Positions 10,700 through 20,669 of a DNA stretch of 64,000 bases are shown piece by piece. The stretch is from an uncultured virus (IMG/VR IMGVR_UViG_3300011339_000567). Taxonomy: Duplodnaviria > Heunggongvirae > Uroviricota > Caudoviricetes. The position numbers and the translations under genes were made by a program. The notes under the pieces were generated by a model. The model searched no databases. It was not told the origin of the DNA and saw only the letters and a list, made by a program, of their open reading frames with translations. Position 1 is the first letter of the stretch. The number at the start of each line of letters is the position of its first letter. The stretch lies in the IMG/VR virus record IMGVR_UViG_3300011339_000567; one strand, written 5' to 3'.

Positions 10700-11719
10700 T
10701 TACGCCATTCTTGAGATTGCCAACTCAGCCAGACCCGCAGGGCGTTGTGTTACCGCGCCGCCGCCAGCAAACAGCCCGAGTTTAGACGCGCCGAGCGCTG
10801 CCGTACCCAGACCCGCTGCGGTAGACAAGGCCGATGGTGGGGCCTGATAAATCTGCGATGACGACTGCGACAGGGGCAGACCGCGCAACATGTCAGACTG
10901 AAAGCCCAACTGTTTGTACGGGTAGTTCTGCTGGTTCAAGAAGTCCTGATACTGCTGCGACAGGATATTTTGTTCTTGCTGCTGCTGTTGCGTGCCGTAA
11001 GACTGCTGGAGCTTGTTGATGTCCATGCCTTGAGCAAACTGCTGACCGCCGAGCTGGCCCATCTGACCCGCACCCTGTAACGCCGTTTGGAGACCCTGAA
11101 GACCAAGCCCTGCGCCGTACTGTTTGGACTGCTCTCCGAGCTGCTGCGCCTGCATGCGGCGTGCTTGGTCAGCGTTGAACTGGGCCTGTGCCTGCTGATA
11201 AGCGGACTGCAAACCTTGCGCTTGGATGTCGCCCTTTTGCATAGCCAGATTCCGGGCAGCTTCGGCACCCATAATGGCTTGACGGCCCCCGCCAAACGCG
11301 CCTGACTTAGTAGCTTGGCTAGATAACTGGGTTCCGGCAATGTCTGCTTGACGCTGGGCTTCCCGCTGCTGAATGTCAACAACACTCTGCATGTACGGGG
11401 ACATGTATTGCTGCGCGTCCTGCTGGCCAAACTGCCCGCCTTGAAACTGGGTAGGGTCGTAGTTTGTACCCAGAGCACCCAGCGTAGCTGCACCCGCATA
11501 CTGCCCGCCGAGGCCACTGAGGCCCGAAGTCTGCATACCCTGAGCGTTCAAAAACGCCTGCTGCTGCATAGGGGTAAACCCTGCAATCCTATTGGCGTCG
11601 TAGGTCTGGTACGGGGTTTCTGTCAGCGCCTCGGTCTTACCCAGCAGTTTCTCAACGTACGGCTTCGCGTAGTCGGGGATGCTTGTCTGCGTAATCTGTT
11701 GTTGTGTTGGTTCGGCCAT
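10700..11719 (-). CDS. Probable ejection (DNA pilot-like) protein
   Basis: 339 aa Gln/Gly-rich; YMSPYMQSVV and GAFGGGRQA motifs; position in the ejection cluster. Confidence 0.6.
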   Translation of the reverse strand: MAEPTQQQITQTSIPDYAKPYVEKLLGKTEALTETPYQTYDANRIAGFTPMQQQAFLNAQGMQTSGLSGLGGQYAGAATLGALGTNYDPTQFQGGQFGQQDAQQYMSPYMQSVVDIQQREAQRQADIAGTQLSSQATKSGAFGGGRQAIMGAEAARNLAMQKGDIQAQGLQSAYQQAQAQFNADQARRMQAQQLGEQSKQYGAGLGLQGLQTALQGAGQMGQLGGQQFAQGMDINKLQQSYGTQQQQQEQNILSQQYQDFLNQQNYPYKQLGFQSDMLRGLPLSQSSSQIYQAPPSALSTAAGLGTAALGASKLGLFAGGGAVTQRPAGLAELAISRMA

Positions 11720-11736
11720 TTTGATTCCTCAAATAT

Positions 11737-13719
11737 TTATGCGGGCAGAAGTTTTGCTGCGCGGGAGTTCGTCGCCACTTTGTCTTTGCCGACTGTTTTC
11801 TTGCGGGCTTTCTGCACCCGGTCCATCATGGCGTACAACTGACGAGCGCCAGCCTCAGTCGAGCCGTTACCCAGCTCAGACACGATCCGTGCGGGGACTA
11901 CAAACTCGCCGTCGGCAAGACGGGCTTGCTGTTTTTGGCCAATCGTTGCAGGGATGCTGTCCGAGACGCCATCGCCGGGGCCACGCAGAAGTCTGCCGCC
12001 ATCAGAGTAGTCGCCAAGATTGGACATGCCGCCTTGGGCCAGAGCAAATAAGCCCCCATGAGCGTAGCCATCGCCGCCGTCCGCAGTGCCTGCTCCGCTT
12101 GGGCCAGCAGCTTCGTTAGCGGCAGATTGTTCAGATGCTCCAACTTGGGCATTATTGGCAGCATCTTGGTCATACGAAAATTGCTGTGCATCGTTCAATT
12201 CGCCGGGAACGCCAGCATAAGTGCCCAACTCGCCATAAGGTGCGGGTGCCTGCGTGCCGCCAAAAAAGTTTGCAATGCCGCCAGCAAGAGTGCCCAACTG
12301 GCCGCTGTTTGCAAGATTAGAAAGCCCCGCAAGAGCCCCGATTGGCCCCGGCACAAACCCCAATAACGCCCCTATAGTGCGATCCACGCTCATCATGCGG
12401 GCATCACGCTCTTGCGGGGTTTCGTTTTCAAGAAACGCGCTGGGCTTGTTGACCGTGTAATCCCCGCCTGCACTGGCCCCAGAAACACCCCCGGTAGGCG
12501 AGACCATTGTGGCCCCCTCCCCGCCGGACTTGGTGTAAATCCCCGTCCTTGGGTCAAAGGTGTAGCCACCAACAGAGCCGCCATCAGCAAACTGCGGTTG
12601 GCCCGGGTAAGAAAGCATATCCCGACTGATTGGTTGTTGGTCTGGCGTTGCGTATGCGCCTGTGCGGATACCAGACTGTGGGTAGCCTGTGTTCATGCCG
12701 ATAGCGTTGGCGTCTGACATTTCCTCAACTGGGCCACCCTCTGCCATGTACTCTGGGCCGGGGGCTTTGTAGGGGGTAAGCGCGGTGTACTGGTCGTTGA
12801 AGTACTGACGCTCTCTGGACGACATCGGGTCGTTTGCGGTACGGTCAAAAGCCCCGGGAACCTTAGTGCGGGTGTATGTGTACGGGCGAATCATGCCCGG
12901 GTCGTTTGGCTTTACAACTTTTTTGTCGTCCGGGGAAAGCGCGGCAATCCCAAGTGCGGCAAGCGGCATTTTGTTGGCTTTGGCAAACTCCAACGCGGCA
13001 CTGGGGCTGGCAGTGACAGCGTTAAATCCCGCGCCAAGTTTGTCCATTTGGCTGGCCCCTAAGCCGGGGCTAAAAGCACGGTCAAAACGCGCAAAATCGC
13101 CGGTCCCACCCAACTCGGCTGGATTAATTGTTGGCGTTGTTGTTGGGATTGCGGGTACTGCTGGGGCGGCTACTGGTGAATACCCGTGTGCGCTGGCAAC
13201 TTCGTTTGCTGTACCGCCATAAAGATTGGGGGTTACGTTTGCCGCAGAAACGGCACTAGTAGGCGCAACACTAGAAGCCGCAGGCACAACCGCTTGGGGA
13301 ACAATTGATTCAGCGGCTGGGGGCACAACTGCGTTAGCTCCAGCGGAAGACAGCGCGTTTGTACCTGCGCCCATTAGACTTTCGCCAAGCCCGGAGCCGC
13401 CGTACGCACCCAGACCGGCCATCAAACCTTTTTCCAAGCTGCCAGAACTGAGGGCGGAAATGCCGCCGACTGTAAGGCCCGCCATAGCGGAAGACATCAA
13501 CCCAAACCCGGCAGGGCCAAGCGCAAAGCCAGCCACCATCGGCAAGATTTTTTTCAGGAAGCCCGCTTCTGCCAGACCCGTCTCTGGGTTGATGGTCAAC
13601 GTGCCACCATGTTTCAGAGCAAGCGCTTGCAGACCCGCGACTTCTTCGGGGGCCATGTGTACCAGCATGGTGTCAGGCCCGCGACCTAGCGCAGCGAGTC
13701 CTTGTGCAGTTTGATTCAT
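11737..13719 (-). CDS. Probable internal virion protein
   Basis: 660 aa; N-terminal GRGPDTMLVHM..INPETGL and C-terminal GPGDGVSDSIPA..ARLADGEFVV; several xAxGG motifs. Confidence 0.6.
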   Translation of the reverse strand: MNQTAQGLAALGRGPDTMLVHMAPEEVAGLQALALKHGGTLTINPETGLAEAGFLKKILPMVAGFALGPAGFGLMSSAMAGLTVGGISALSSGSLEKGLMAGLGAYGGSGLGESLMGAGTNALSSAGANAVVPPAAESIVPQAVVPAASSVAPTSAVSAANVTPNLYGGTANEVASAHGYSPVAAPAVPAIPTTTPTINPAELGGTGDFARFDRAFSPGLGASQMDKLGAGFNAVTASPSAALEFAKANKMPLAALGIAALSPDDKKVVKPNDPGMIRPYTYTRTKVPGAFDRTANDPMSSRERQYFNDQYTALTPYKAPGPEYMAEGGPVEEMSDANAIGMNTGYPQSGIRTGAYATPDQQPISRDMLSYPGQPQFADGGSVGGYTFDPRTGIYTKSGGEGATMVSPTGGVSGASAGGDYTVNKPSAFLENETPQERDARMMSVDRTIGALLGFVPGPIGALAGLSNLANSGQLGTLAGGIANFFGGTQAPAPYGELGTYAGVPGELNDAQQFSYDQDAANNAQVGASEQSAANEAAGPSGAGTADGGDGYAHGGLFALAQGGMSNLGDYSDGGRLLRGPGDGVSDSIPATIGQKQQARLADGEFVVPARIVSELGNGSTEAGARQLYAMMDRVQKARKKTVGKDKVATNSRAAKLLPA

Positions 13720-13753
13720 GGTTGCCTCTGAAATCGGGGGTGGGTCGAGTTTA

Positions 13754-14068
13754 TCATGGGGCTACCTTTAGCACAAACGTGGTTGTGTCGTAGTAAACGT
13801 CCCCGGTTTTAAGCCTGCCTGCTGCTTGGTCTGCCTGTGTTGGAAGACTGATACGCAAAGTCCCGGGAGTTACAGGGTCCGGCTGGCTAAAACTAAGCGC
13901 GGTGACAATTTCGTTGTTTATATTCTTTGTGGCGGCAAGGACTGCGCCGGGGTTGTCCAACTCGTTAAAGTACAACCGCAAGGTGCTAAGAAGCGACGCC
14001 ATATATTGAGCATCGTACTCAACCGGGGCTGTCGGTAGGCGCGGGGCGCGAACTAGGGGGTTGCTCAT
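13754..14068 (-). CDS. Hypothetical virion protein
   Basis: 104-aa ORF in the structural operon. Confidence 0.6.
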   Translation of the reverse strand: MSNPLVRAPRLPTAPVEYDAQYMASLLSTLRLYFNELDNPGAVLAATKNINNEIVTALSFSQPDPVTPGTLRISLPTQADQAAGRLKTGDVYYDTTTFVLKVAP

Positions 14069-14070
14069 GC

Positions 14071-15999
14071 TTACCTTCTGCCGTCTGGTCGGACTTCAAT
14101 ACGAGAAACACCAAGCTGCCACGCTGTGCCAAGCGTGTCGGAACTGACTTTGAATGCCATCTGACGGCCCCGAATCCTGACATAGACCTGTTCAGTAAAC
14201 TGCTGCACGTTGTACGTACGTTGTCCGGCGTAGCTCACGGTACTCACTACTTCGGGGTTGTTTGAGTTGCCGTAGTTGGAACCGGGGAACTGCCGAGGCC
14301 GAACCGTGAAGTCCAGCGTAGGGGCAGTAGCCGTGGAGCCGTTAAAGGTCACGTCAGGGATCAACCTCCAGACAAAGCCAAAGTTGTGTCCGTCCCCGAT
14401 GTCAAAGTCCGAAGACTGTACATACGCAGTAATGGGTGAAGGTGGGTTGGTTGTGCCGTCATCCACACCAGTCTCGTGGTACACAAGCTGGCTTCCATAG
14501 GTAGTCGCCATAGGCTCCACGCGCAGAGGGCTGTCCAGCCAAGCCGAGCGGTTTAACGTGCCGTAGTACCAGACGCGCTCAAGGTAGTTGTACACCACGT
14601 ACTTGTCGATGGTGGTGGAGTTGGCCGAGCAGTAGTACCACCAGACCTCATTGAACCCTTCGTTTGTGCCAGCAAAAAACTGGAACGCCTGCGACATGTT
14701 GATGTCGTTGTAAACATAGGAGCGCAGCGTGCAGGGCAGCGTTTCAACGCGACCGGAGTACATGTAGAACTTGTCCACGCCCATCCAGTAGGTAATGTTG
14801 TTGGCCGTCACCGCTACGTTCGGACTTGCAATAGACAGATTGTCGCCAAGAATCTGGAAGCCCCAGACGTAGGGGGCGCCCAAATACTGCATAGAGTAAA
14901 TAGCGGCGTCTGTCCAAACCAAAATCTCTTGCCGCGCCTGCATGGCCGTAATAATGGAGGAGCCGTGGCTAAGCGTGTAACTGCCCGCTTGATTGGTAAT
15001 AGCAGGTGTCCACTGGGTGTAGTCCTCTTGGTCTGACCAGCGCACCAGCATGGGATTCTGTACGGCTGAGCCGTAGTCGTTTACACCAAAACCAATGACA
15101 AAGCGGGAGGCGTCCGACACCATGACAAAATTGCAAATGTCTGGGGTGTCCCCGGTGGTGAGCAGCGTGCCCCGATCAAAAATGTTTGGGTTGGCGTTGG
15201 TTTCCCAGAGATACAGCCCACCACCACGGGGGTTAAAAATCAAGTCTTCACCGTAGTTAGACTGACTCCACAGGCGAAGCTGCGTACCAAGGCCGACGCC
15301 AGCGGGAGCGGGTGAGCCCCAACCTGTGCTTGTATATCCCGTGGTGATACCGCCCCACCCACCAGCGCCCCAGCCCACACTGACCGTGTAAACATCCGAG
15401 CCAGTTGTGATTTGGTACGCACCCACGGTAGCACTGCCGCCATTACCGACATCCGAAGCGTTTGCTGCAACGGTAGAGGTGATTGTGTAGACGTTATTGC
15501 TGGTGACGGACGCTACGCGATACTCTTTGTTGAGCACAGCGGCGGTGATGGCCCCGCCAAGGCTGACTGCGCCACTGTAAGTAACAAAATCTCCAGCCTG
15601 CGCTCCGTGCGCGGTATCGGTAACCGTCAAGGTAGTTGAGCCGTTGGTGGCGGCAAAGGTTACATCCCCGGCAGCGGTGGTCAGGCGAAGGGGGGTGATG
15701 TCGTAGAAAGTGCCGCCAGTGCCGTTCTGGATATAGAACTTGAGGTTGGTTCCAACGCCCAGCAGGTTGTAGCTAGACAGCGTGATCCAGTTCCACAGCG
15801 ACCGGCAAACGCCCCAGAACGAACCCGTAGGAGGAGCCAGCGTAGCGTTGGAGGTGCCAGTGTCGGCAACCCAGCCGCCGATCTTTTCTGCCGAGCCCGA
15901 GCGAAAGCGCACTTTGTCGCTCTCAAACCAACCGCCCTCATTGGCAAGTGTGGTGGACTCTCGGTTGATCCCCGGACGGAAGACAAGTTTTTGTAACAT
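14071..15999 (-). CDS. Tail nozzle / head-closure protein (P22 gp10-like, beta-rich)
   Basis: 642 aa, beta-rich; VRWSDQED motif; lies upstream of ejection genes; AGGAG RBS upstream. Confidence 0.6.
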   Translation of the reverse strand: MLQKLVFRPGINRESTTLANEGGWFESDKVRFRSGSAEKIGGWVADTGTSNATLAPPTGSFWGVCRSLWNWITLSSYNLLGVGTNLKFYIQNGTGGTFYDITPLRLTTAAGDVTFAATNGSTTLTVTDTAHGAQAGDFVTYSGAVSLGGAITAAVLNKEYRVASVTSNNVYTITSTVAANASDVGNGGSATVGAYQITTGSDVYTVSVGWGAGGWGGITTGYTSTGWGSPAPAGVGLGTQLRLWSQSNYGEDLIFNPRGGGLYLWETNANPNIFDRGTLLTTGDTPDICNFVMVSDASRFVIGFGVNDYGSAVQNPMLVRWSDQEDYTQWTPAITNQAGSYTLSHGSSIITAMQARQEILVWTDAAIYSMQYLGAPYVWGFQILGDNLSIASPNVAVTANNITYWMGVDKFYMYSGRVETLPCTLRSYVYNDINMSQAFQFFAGTNEGFNEVWWYYCSANSTTIDKYVVYNYLERVWYYGTLNRSAWLDSPLRVEPMATTYGSQLVYHETGVDDGTTNPPSPITAYVQSSDFDIGDGHNFGFVWRLIPDVTFNGSTATAPTLDFTVRPRQFPGSNYGNSNNPEVVSTVSYAGQRTYNVQQFTEQVYVRIRGRQMAFKVSSDTLGTAWQLGVSRIEVRPDGRR

Positions 16000-16002
16000 C
16001 TG

Positions 16003-16011
16003 TGTTATACT
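16003..16011 (+). promoter_or_regulatory. Extended -10 promoter for the GIY-YIG gene
   Basis: TG-T-TATACT about 30 nt upstream of the AAGGAG RBS/ATG at 16041. Confidence 0.45.
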
Positions 16012-16040
16012 CCTGCATCGCTATTAACAAGGAGACCACT

Positions 16041-16823
16041 ATGTACGTTTATGTTTGGAAACACAATGAGACTCCTTTCTATGTCGGAATGTCCAAGACT
16101 GCTCATCGAGCTAATCCACTGAACGCAGGAGGCCGAGGGTGGCTATGCAAACAGACGCTAGCGAAAATTGGGCCAAAAAATGTCGTGCTTGAACTTCGTA
16201 TTGTGGACACACTGGAAGAAGCTATCGCACTGGAGCGTAGTTTAATCGAATTGTATGGAAGAATCCAGCACGGCACGGGGCCGCTAACTAACTTGAAACC
16301 GGGGGGCGACGGTTCCGCCACCATGACAGACAAAGGGCGGGCAGCAACAAGCGCTCGTATGACCGCCAATAACCCGATGCACAACCCTGAGACACGCGCA
16401 AAGGCCGCAGCGCGTATCCGCGACCCCGACGTACAAGCAGCGATGCGCGGTAACAATAATCCCTCTAAGCGCCCAGAAGTACGTGAAAAACTGCTGGCTA
16501 AATGGCAAGACCCTGAGTACCAAGCGCGACAAAAAAATGCCCGCACAGGCACCCAAAAACATTCGGCGGAATTTAAGGAAGCGGCAAAACAACGCCTACT
16601 TGACCCTGCAAACCCAATGCGAAACCAGCACAAAATACTAAACACCGACTTAGCTATACGAGAAAAACGTAACGCAGCAATCCGTAGCCCAGAGGTGCGG
16701 GCTAAACACAAAGCAAACGCCAACAACCGCTGGGCCGACCCCGCTGCGCGTGTAGCACTGGGAGAAAAAATGAAAGCTATTTGGGCCAAGCGTAGAGAAG
16801 CCAAGATGTTGTCTCTGGGTTAG
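16041..16823 (+). CDS. GIY-YIG-type homing endonuclease with repeated NUMOD3-like DNA-binding motifs
   Basis: MYVYVW...FYVGMS..R (GIY-YIG variant); repeated NPM/PE.R.K motifs; AAGGAG RBS; opposite strand to neighbours. Confidence 0.75.
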   Translation: MYVYVWKHNETPFYVGMSKTAHRANPLNAGGRGWLCKQTLAKIGPKNVVLELRIVDTLEEAIALERSLIELYGRIQHGTGPLTNLKPGGDGSATMTDKGRAATSARMTANNPMHNPETRAKAAARIRDPDVQAAMRGNNNPSKRPEVREKLLAKWQDPEYQARQKNARTGTQKHSAEFKEAAKQRLLDPANPMRNQHKILNTDLAIREKRNAAIRSPEVRAKHKANANNRWADPAARVALGEKMKAIWAKRREAKMLSLG

Positions 16824-17242
16824 GCGAAAGGTCGAGTGCCTGCTTTGTCAATGATAAGCGCCTGCCTGCGCGGAGTTCCGTCTGGTGTGTTTGTCACGCT
16901 GATGTGTGTCCACGAATCAAACTCACGGATGATTTGGTCAAAGGGTAAACCCGCAGCAATCACTGCACGTACCACAGCATCGGGAGTCATCCCGGGAACA
17001 CGTAAGTCTGCCGCGCAGCCAATTCTATGCTGGCTCGTGTCTTTGGAGCCTACGCTGTCGTTGACTTGTTTTGACCGGAAGGCGCTGTTGACCATGATGG
17101 GTTTGCCATCCAGCGCAGTCTTTACCTGCTCCAAGAACTCGGCCAGCCGTTGCAGGTTGGCTGTCTCGGCTTCGTTTGGCGTGTTGTCAAACTGGCGGTG
17201 GCTGGTAGCGGTCAGTTCCGCAAGGGTGAAGTGCGGTGTCAT
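16820..17242 (-). CDS. Endolysin, peptidase M15A family
   Basis: HFTLAEL, NSAFRS, SQHRIGCAAD, FDQII.E, WTHIS motifs. Confidence 0.9.
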   Translation of the reverse strand: MTPHFTLAELTATSHRQFDNTPNEAETANLQRLAEFLEQVKTALDGKPIMVNSAFRSKQVNDSVGSKDTSQHRIGCAADLRVPGMTPDAVVRAVIAAGLPFDQIIREFDSWTHISVTNTPDGTPRRQALIIDKAGTRPFA

Positions 17243-17736
17243 TTGATTGCCGGAGCCTTAGAAAGAAGGTCTGTCTTGGCCTGTGAGCCAGCAGAGGAGC
17301 CGAAGTAGTAAGCAATGATGCCCGTCCAAGCGGTGGACAAACTGCCCAGCATCATCAAGATCGTTGGGTTGCTACCGTCAACTTTGCCAAACAGCATCAT
17401 GCCTAAAATTCCAAAAAATCCAACAGTGATGATTGCAGCCAGTGCAGGTGGCACGATTGATCTTGTAGCGGCCTGCATGTCACGCGCAGACTTCCTGTCT
17501 TCTACAGACAGCTTTTCAAAGTTGAGGCCAAGCTCCTGCGCTTGTTTCTGCAACTCGATCTCGGCCATTTTGACTTGAGCAATCTGCTCGGCTGACAGCT
17601 TGTTGCTGGAGATCAGGTCGCCAACCTTGTCTGGGTCTACGCCGATTGCCTTGGAGATAGCCGAGACAGCCATCCCCGCCAGTGGACCGCCCATTGCCGT
17701 GGCGATTGTGGGCGCGATTTGTTTAAGCCAATCCAT
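17239..17736 (-). CDS. Holin (GTA/3TM-holin-like)
   Basis: DRKSARDM, two C-terminal hydrophobic helices, YYFGSS; immediately upstream of the endolysin. Confidence 0.7.
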   Translation of the reverse strand: MDWLKQIAPTIATAMGGPLAGMAVSAISKAIGVDPDKVGDLISSNKLSAEQIAQVKMAEIELQKQAQELGLNFEKLSVEDRKSARDMQAATRSIVPPALAAIITVGFFGILGMMLFGKVDGSNPTILMMLGSLSTAWTGIIAYYFGSSAGSQAKTDLLSKAPAIK

Positions 17737-18344
17737 TACTGTTTACTCCTAGATAACATGGTTGCTGCAATTTGAAGCATGGCGCGGGTGCTGTCCATGT
17801 CTTCTGGTTGAGTTGCCCAGCCAACCGTGATCTGTCCAACAAACCTACCCGGCTCTGGCGGGACACTGATACGGCATGTATAGGTAACGCCCTTGGCGAT
17901 GTACCACAAACCCATCTCTGACTGCGCTGATCTGTACTCGCTGCATGGAATCTCGTTTGCCATCAACTTGACCACATCAGAATTGTTAGCTGAGTTCTGT
18001 GTAAACAGCCCAACGTCCAGCCCGTCGTTTGTTTTGTCCCTGCCGTCTTTAGCGTAGGCCCGGTGCAGGATGCGTGTGCCAAACATAGAGTTGACTTTAA
18101 ACACCGCCACGATCTGTGCGCCAGACTGTTTAAACAAATGCGCGGCAGCATCTTCAACGCGGTCTTCAGCGATGCTGGGAATCTTTCTGGACTCCTTGTA
18201 CGCCCCTATCAACAACTCTTGGTTTGTATATACAAAGTAGCCCGCAAACGTGAGCACGGCCATCAGCACCATTGCAAAGAGACGGAACGGGCTGCTGACA
18301 TACGCCAGCACCTTGTCAACTAGGTTTAAACGCTCGTCGCTCAT
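17736..18344 (-). CDS. Single-TM membrane protein with GAF-like soluble domain (possible T4 holin T-like)
   Basis: N-terminal TM (FAMVLMAVLTFAGYFVY); two Cys; C-terminal GQITVGW...AATMLSRSK; in lysis module. Confidence 0.5.
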   Translation of the reverse strand: MSDERLNLVDKVLAYVSSPFRLFAMVLMAVLTFAGYFVYTNQELLIGAYKESRKIPSIAEDRVEDAAAHLFKQSGAQIVAVFKVNSMFGTRILHRAYAKDGRDKTNDGLDVGLFTQNSANNSDVVKLMANEIPCSEYRSAQSEMGLWYIAKGVTYTCRISVPPEPGRFVGQITVGWATQPEDMDSTRAMLQIAATMLSRSKQ

Positions 18345-18811
18345 CTTTGCTGCTCAAGGATGCCAATGGTGAAATACAAGATCACCCCGACCAAGCTGAA
18401 AAAGATGACCGCCAGCAAGGCCAACTCAACAACCTCGTCCATCTCTTGTTTGCGCTTGGCCGCTGCTTCTTTTTCTCTGCGAGCATCATGTGCAGACTCC
18501 ACATCCATCGCCGCCGCTCTGGACTTGATGCGGTTCCACACATCGATTTTTCCCGCCTGCATAAACAGCAGTTGCAACTCATCTTCAAACCGCTTGGCTT
18601 GGTCGAGCGCCATCTCGATCTGGATAGCAGTGCCCATTGAGGACTTGGACTTCTTGGCCTGAACAGCCGCTTTGGTGGCCGTGGACTTCGCATCAAAGTA
18701 TTTGCCCAAAACGGGGCCGAGCGAGGACACATCGTCAACAGTCTTGCTGACCTTCTTGATGAGCGCAACCGCTGCCTGTATACCCGCTAGGGCGCTTATG
18801 GGGTCAATCAT
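18341..18811 (-). CDS. Hypothetical membrane protein (lysis module)
   Basis: Starts MIDPISALA; coiled coil followed by a C-terminal TM helix. Confidence 0.65.
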   Translation of the reverse strand: MIDPISALAGIQAAVALIKKVSKTVDDVSSLGPVLGKYFDAKSTATKAAVQAKKSKSSMGTAIQIEMALDQAKRFEDELQLLFMQAGKIDVWNRIKSRAAAMDVESAHDARREKEAAAKRKQEMDEVVELALLAVIFFSLVGVILYFTIGILEQQR

Positions 18812-18924
18812 TTCTTCCTCCACTGTAAACACCAGACCAGCAGCCGGTCAGGCGTCCACGTCCATTTCACGCACTCAAATACGGGCGATTTTGCCGCTGG
18901 CGGTGGAGGTGGCAGGGAGTCCAT
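18808..18924 (-). CDS. 38-aa Pro/Trp/Cys-rich hypothetical protein
   Basis: MDSLPPPPPAAKSPVFECVKWTWTPDRLLVWCLQWRKK; ATGA-coupled to the next gene; below the ORF-track cutoff. Confidence 0.55.
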   Translation of the reverse strand: MDSLPPPPPAAKSPVFECVKWTWTPDRLLVWCLQWRKK

Positions 18925-18931
18925 ACATTTT

Positions 18932-19810
18932 TTAAGAAATTGTTCCGTACCGAGTGCCAAACACAAGCCACGTTATGTTACTGTTGCCAGAGACGGCATA
19001 CCCGCCAGCTCCGCCTGCCGGTGCAGGATTACCCTGATTACCCGCGCCACCAGAACTGCCAGCAGCCGCATTGGTCCCGCCAGCGCCACCAGCGCCACCA
19101 AAAGTGCCACGATATCCTGCGCCAGCGCCGCCAGCCCCACCACTAAGCTGGCCCCCGGTGCTGCCCGCGCTTGGAGTACCAAGATCGGTGAAAGCTCCCG
19201 CAGCGCCTGCCGCTCCAAAACCATTGCCACCACCACCGCCACCACCTGAAAGGCGGCTTTCTTCAAAATAAGAGACGTTACCGCCGCCGCCACCACCACC
19301 GCCCCCAGAAATAACACTGTTGTTTGTGATTGAGCACGCCACTGAAACAAGCAACGCTCCGCCGCCAGCAAACCCCGGTTGCCCCACGTTAGTTATCGGG
19401 GAGTCAAAAACAGAACCCTGACCCCCAGTGCCGCCTTTTCCAACAATAACTCCGCTATTTATAAGCTCAACACCGTTAGGAAATGACCCATTAACAGTCA
19501 GCGCAGGAGTTCCCGTACTTGTTGAAGAAATCTGTACACCGGAACCAATAGTGGCAACAACTTTGTTTAGCCCGGGCCAACCTGCGGCTAAAGCAAGCGT
19601 ACGTAAATTGACATCAGTCTGGTTACTTGAAATAGTAAAAGCAAACGTATTGGATTTGCCGTAAAAGTTTGACAGGGAAATAGCGCCGGAAGCTACGCCT
19701 GCCAAAGTGCGATAAGACGCCTGCCCAAGACTTGCCTGCGTAGTCCCGGGAACATTAAGTTCTACGTTGATGTTGTTGAATGAAATGGCACCTGATGCTG
19801 GAAGCGTCAT
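18932..19810 (-). CDS. Glycine-rich tail fibre tip adhesin (T-even gp38-like)
   Basis: N-terminal SGAISFNNINVEL..ISLSNFYGKS followed by multiple GGGGGGG/GGAGG segments. Confidence 0.7.
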   Translation of the reverse strand: MTLPASGAISFNNINVELNVPGTTQASLGQASYRTLAGVASGAISLSNFYGKSNTFAFTISSNQTDVNLRTLALAAGWPGLNKVVATIGSGVQISSTSTGTPALTVNGSFPNGVELINSGVIVGKGGTGGQGSVFDSPITNVGQPGFAGGGALLVSVACSITNNSVISGGGGGGGGGNVSYFEESRLSGGGGGGGNGFGAAGAAGAFTDLGTPSAGSTGGQLSGGAGGAGAGYRGTFGGAGGAGGTNAAAGSSGGAGNQGNPAPAGGAGGYAVSGNSNITWLVFGTRYGTIS

Positions 19811-19819
19811 GCTGGCTCC

Positions 19820-20623
19820 TTATGGTATGCCGTAGGCGGTGACGTTTGCCAAAGCGATAAAGTTGCCAGAGGAGTCAAGCGAAGCAATGTTGGTAGCCCC
19901 GTACTTAAAGTACAGCTTCCCCGCCGACTCAACTACAGAGAAGCCTGTTGTGACTAGCGTTGTAGCTGCTGTTGCTGTTGCTGCGTTACCGCCGATGCTC
20001 AGACCTGCGGCTGTGCCCGTGATGTTTGTACCAACCAAAGCAGATGGCGTCCCCAGAGCGGGAGTTACCAGCGTGGGGCTTGTGGCAAATACGTTTGCGC
20101 CCGTACCCGTTTCGTCGGTGAGCGCAGCCAGCAATTGAGCAGATGTAAATGAGCCAAGGGAAGTGACGCTCCCCACCGAAGTTACCGCGCCGGTCAGGTT
20201 AAATATATCTACGCTATAGAAATTGGTTCCGTCACTGAACACCAAGATTTTCTTACCCGCCGGGACAGCGATACCAGTTCCTGCTGCGGTTGTGTTGCCC
20301 AGCACCGTGGAGTTGTAGATCGTCGCTGTGTAGGCAGTGGTGTTGTAGATGATGTATGTCTTCTCCTGCGGCGGAGCGTAGACGGCGAAGTTGGCTGTGG
20401 TTGTGGTGGTCAGTGCAATGACGGCATTTCGCGCTTGGTCAGGAGCGCCGTCCAGCGCAGTGAAGGCTTGGTTGGCCGAGGTGACGGACACCGACACATA
20501 CCCAGCAATAGACGATTCAATGATCGTGCCGAGGCTGGTGTTGGTCGTGGTGTTCCACGTACCGGCTTGTTCGCCAGCGCTAATCAGTTCAATCCGCAGC
20601 GAGGGGGAGTAGGTGCTTGCCAT
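19820..20623 (-). CDS. Tail fibre protein
   Basis: Thr/Ala-rich; DETGTGA..FATSPTLVTP repeat-type segment; ends GNFIALANVTAYG, just upstream of the adhesin. Confidence 0.65.
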   Translation of the reverse strand: MASTYSPSLRIELISAGEQAGTWNTTTNTSLGTIIESSIAGYVSVSVTSANQAFTALDGAPDQARNAVIALTTTTTANFAVYAPPQEKTYIIYNTTAYTATIYNSTVLGNTTAAGTGIAVPAGKKILVFSDGTNFYSVDIFNLTGAVTSVGSVTSLGSFTSAQLLAALTDETGTGANVFATSPTLVTPALGTPSALVGTNITGTAAGLSIGGNAATATAATTLVTTGFSVVESAGKLYFKYGATNIASLDSSGNFIALANVTAYGIP

Positions 20624-20669
20624 AGGAGTCCTTTAGTTCGAGGTATTTTTGCAGGTTTACGGCTTCCCG

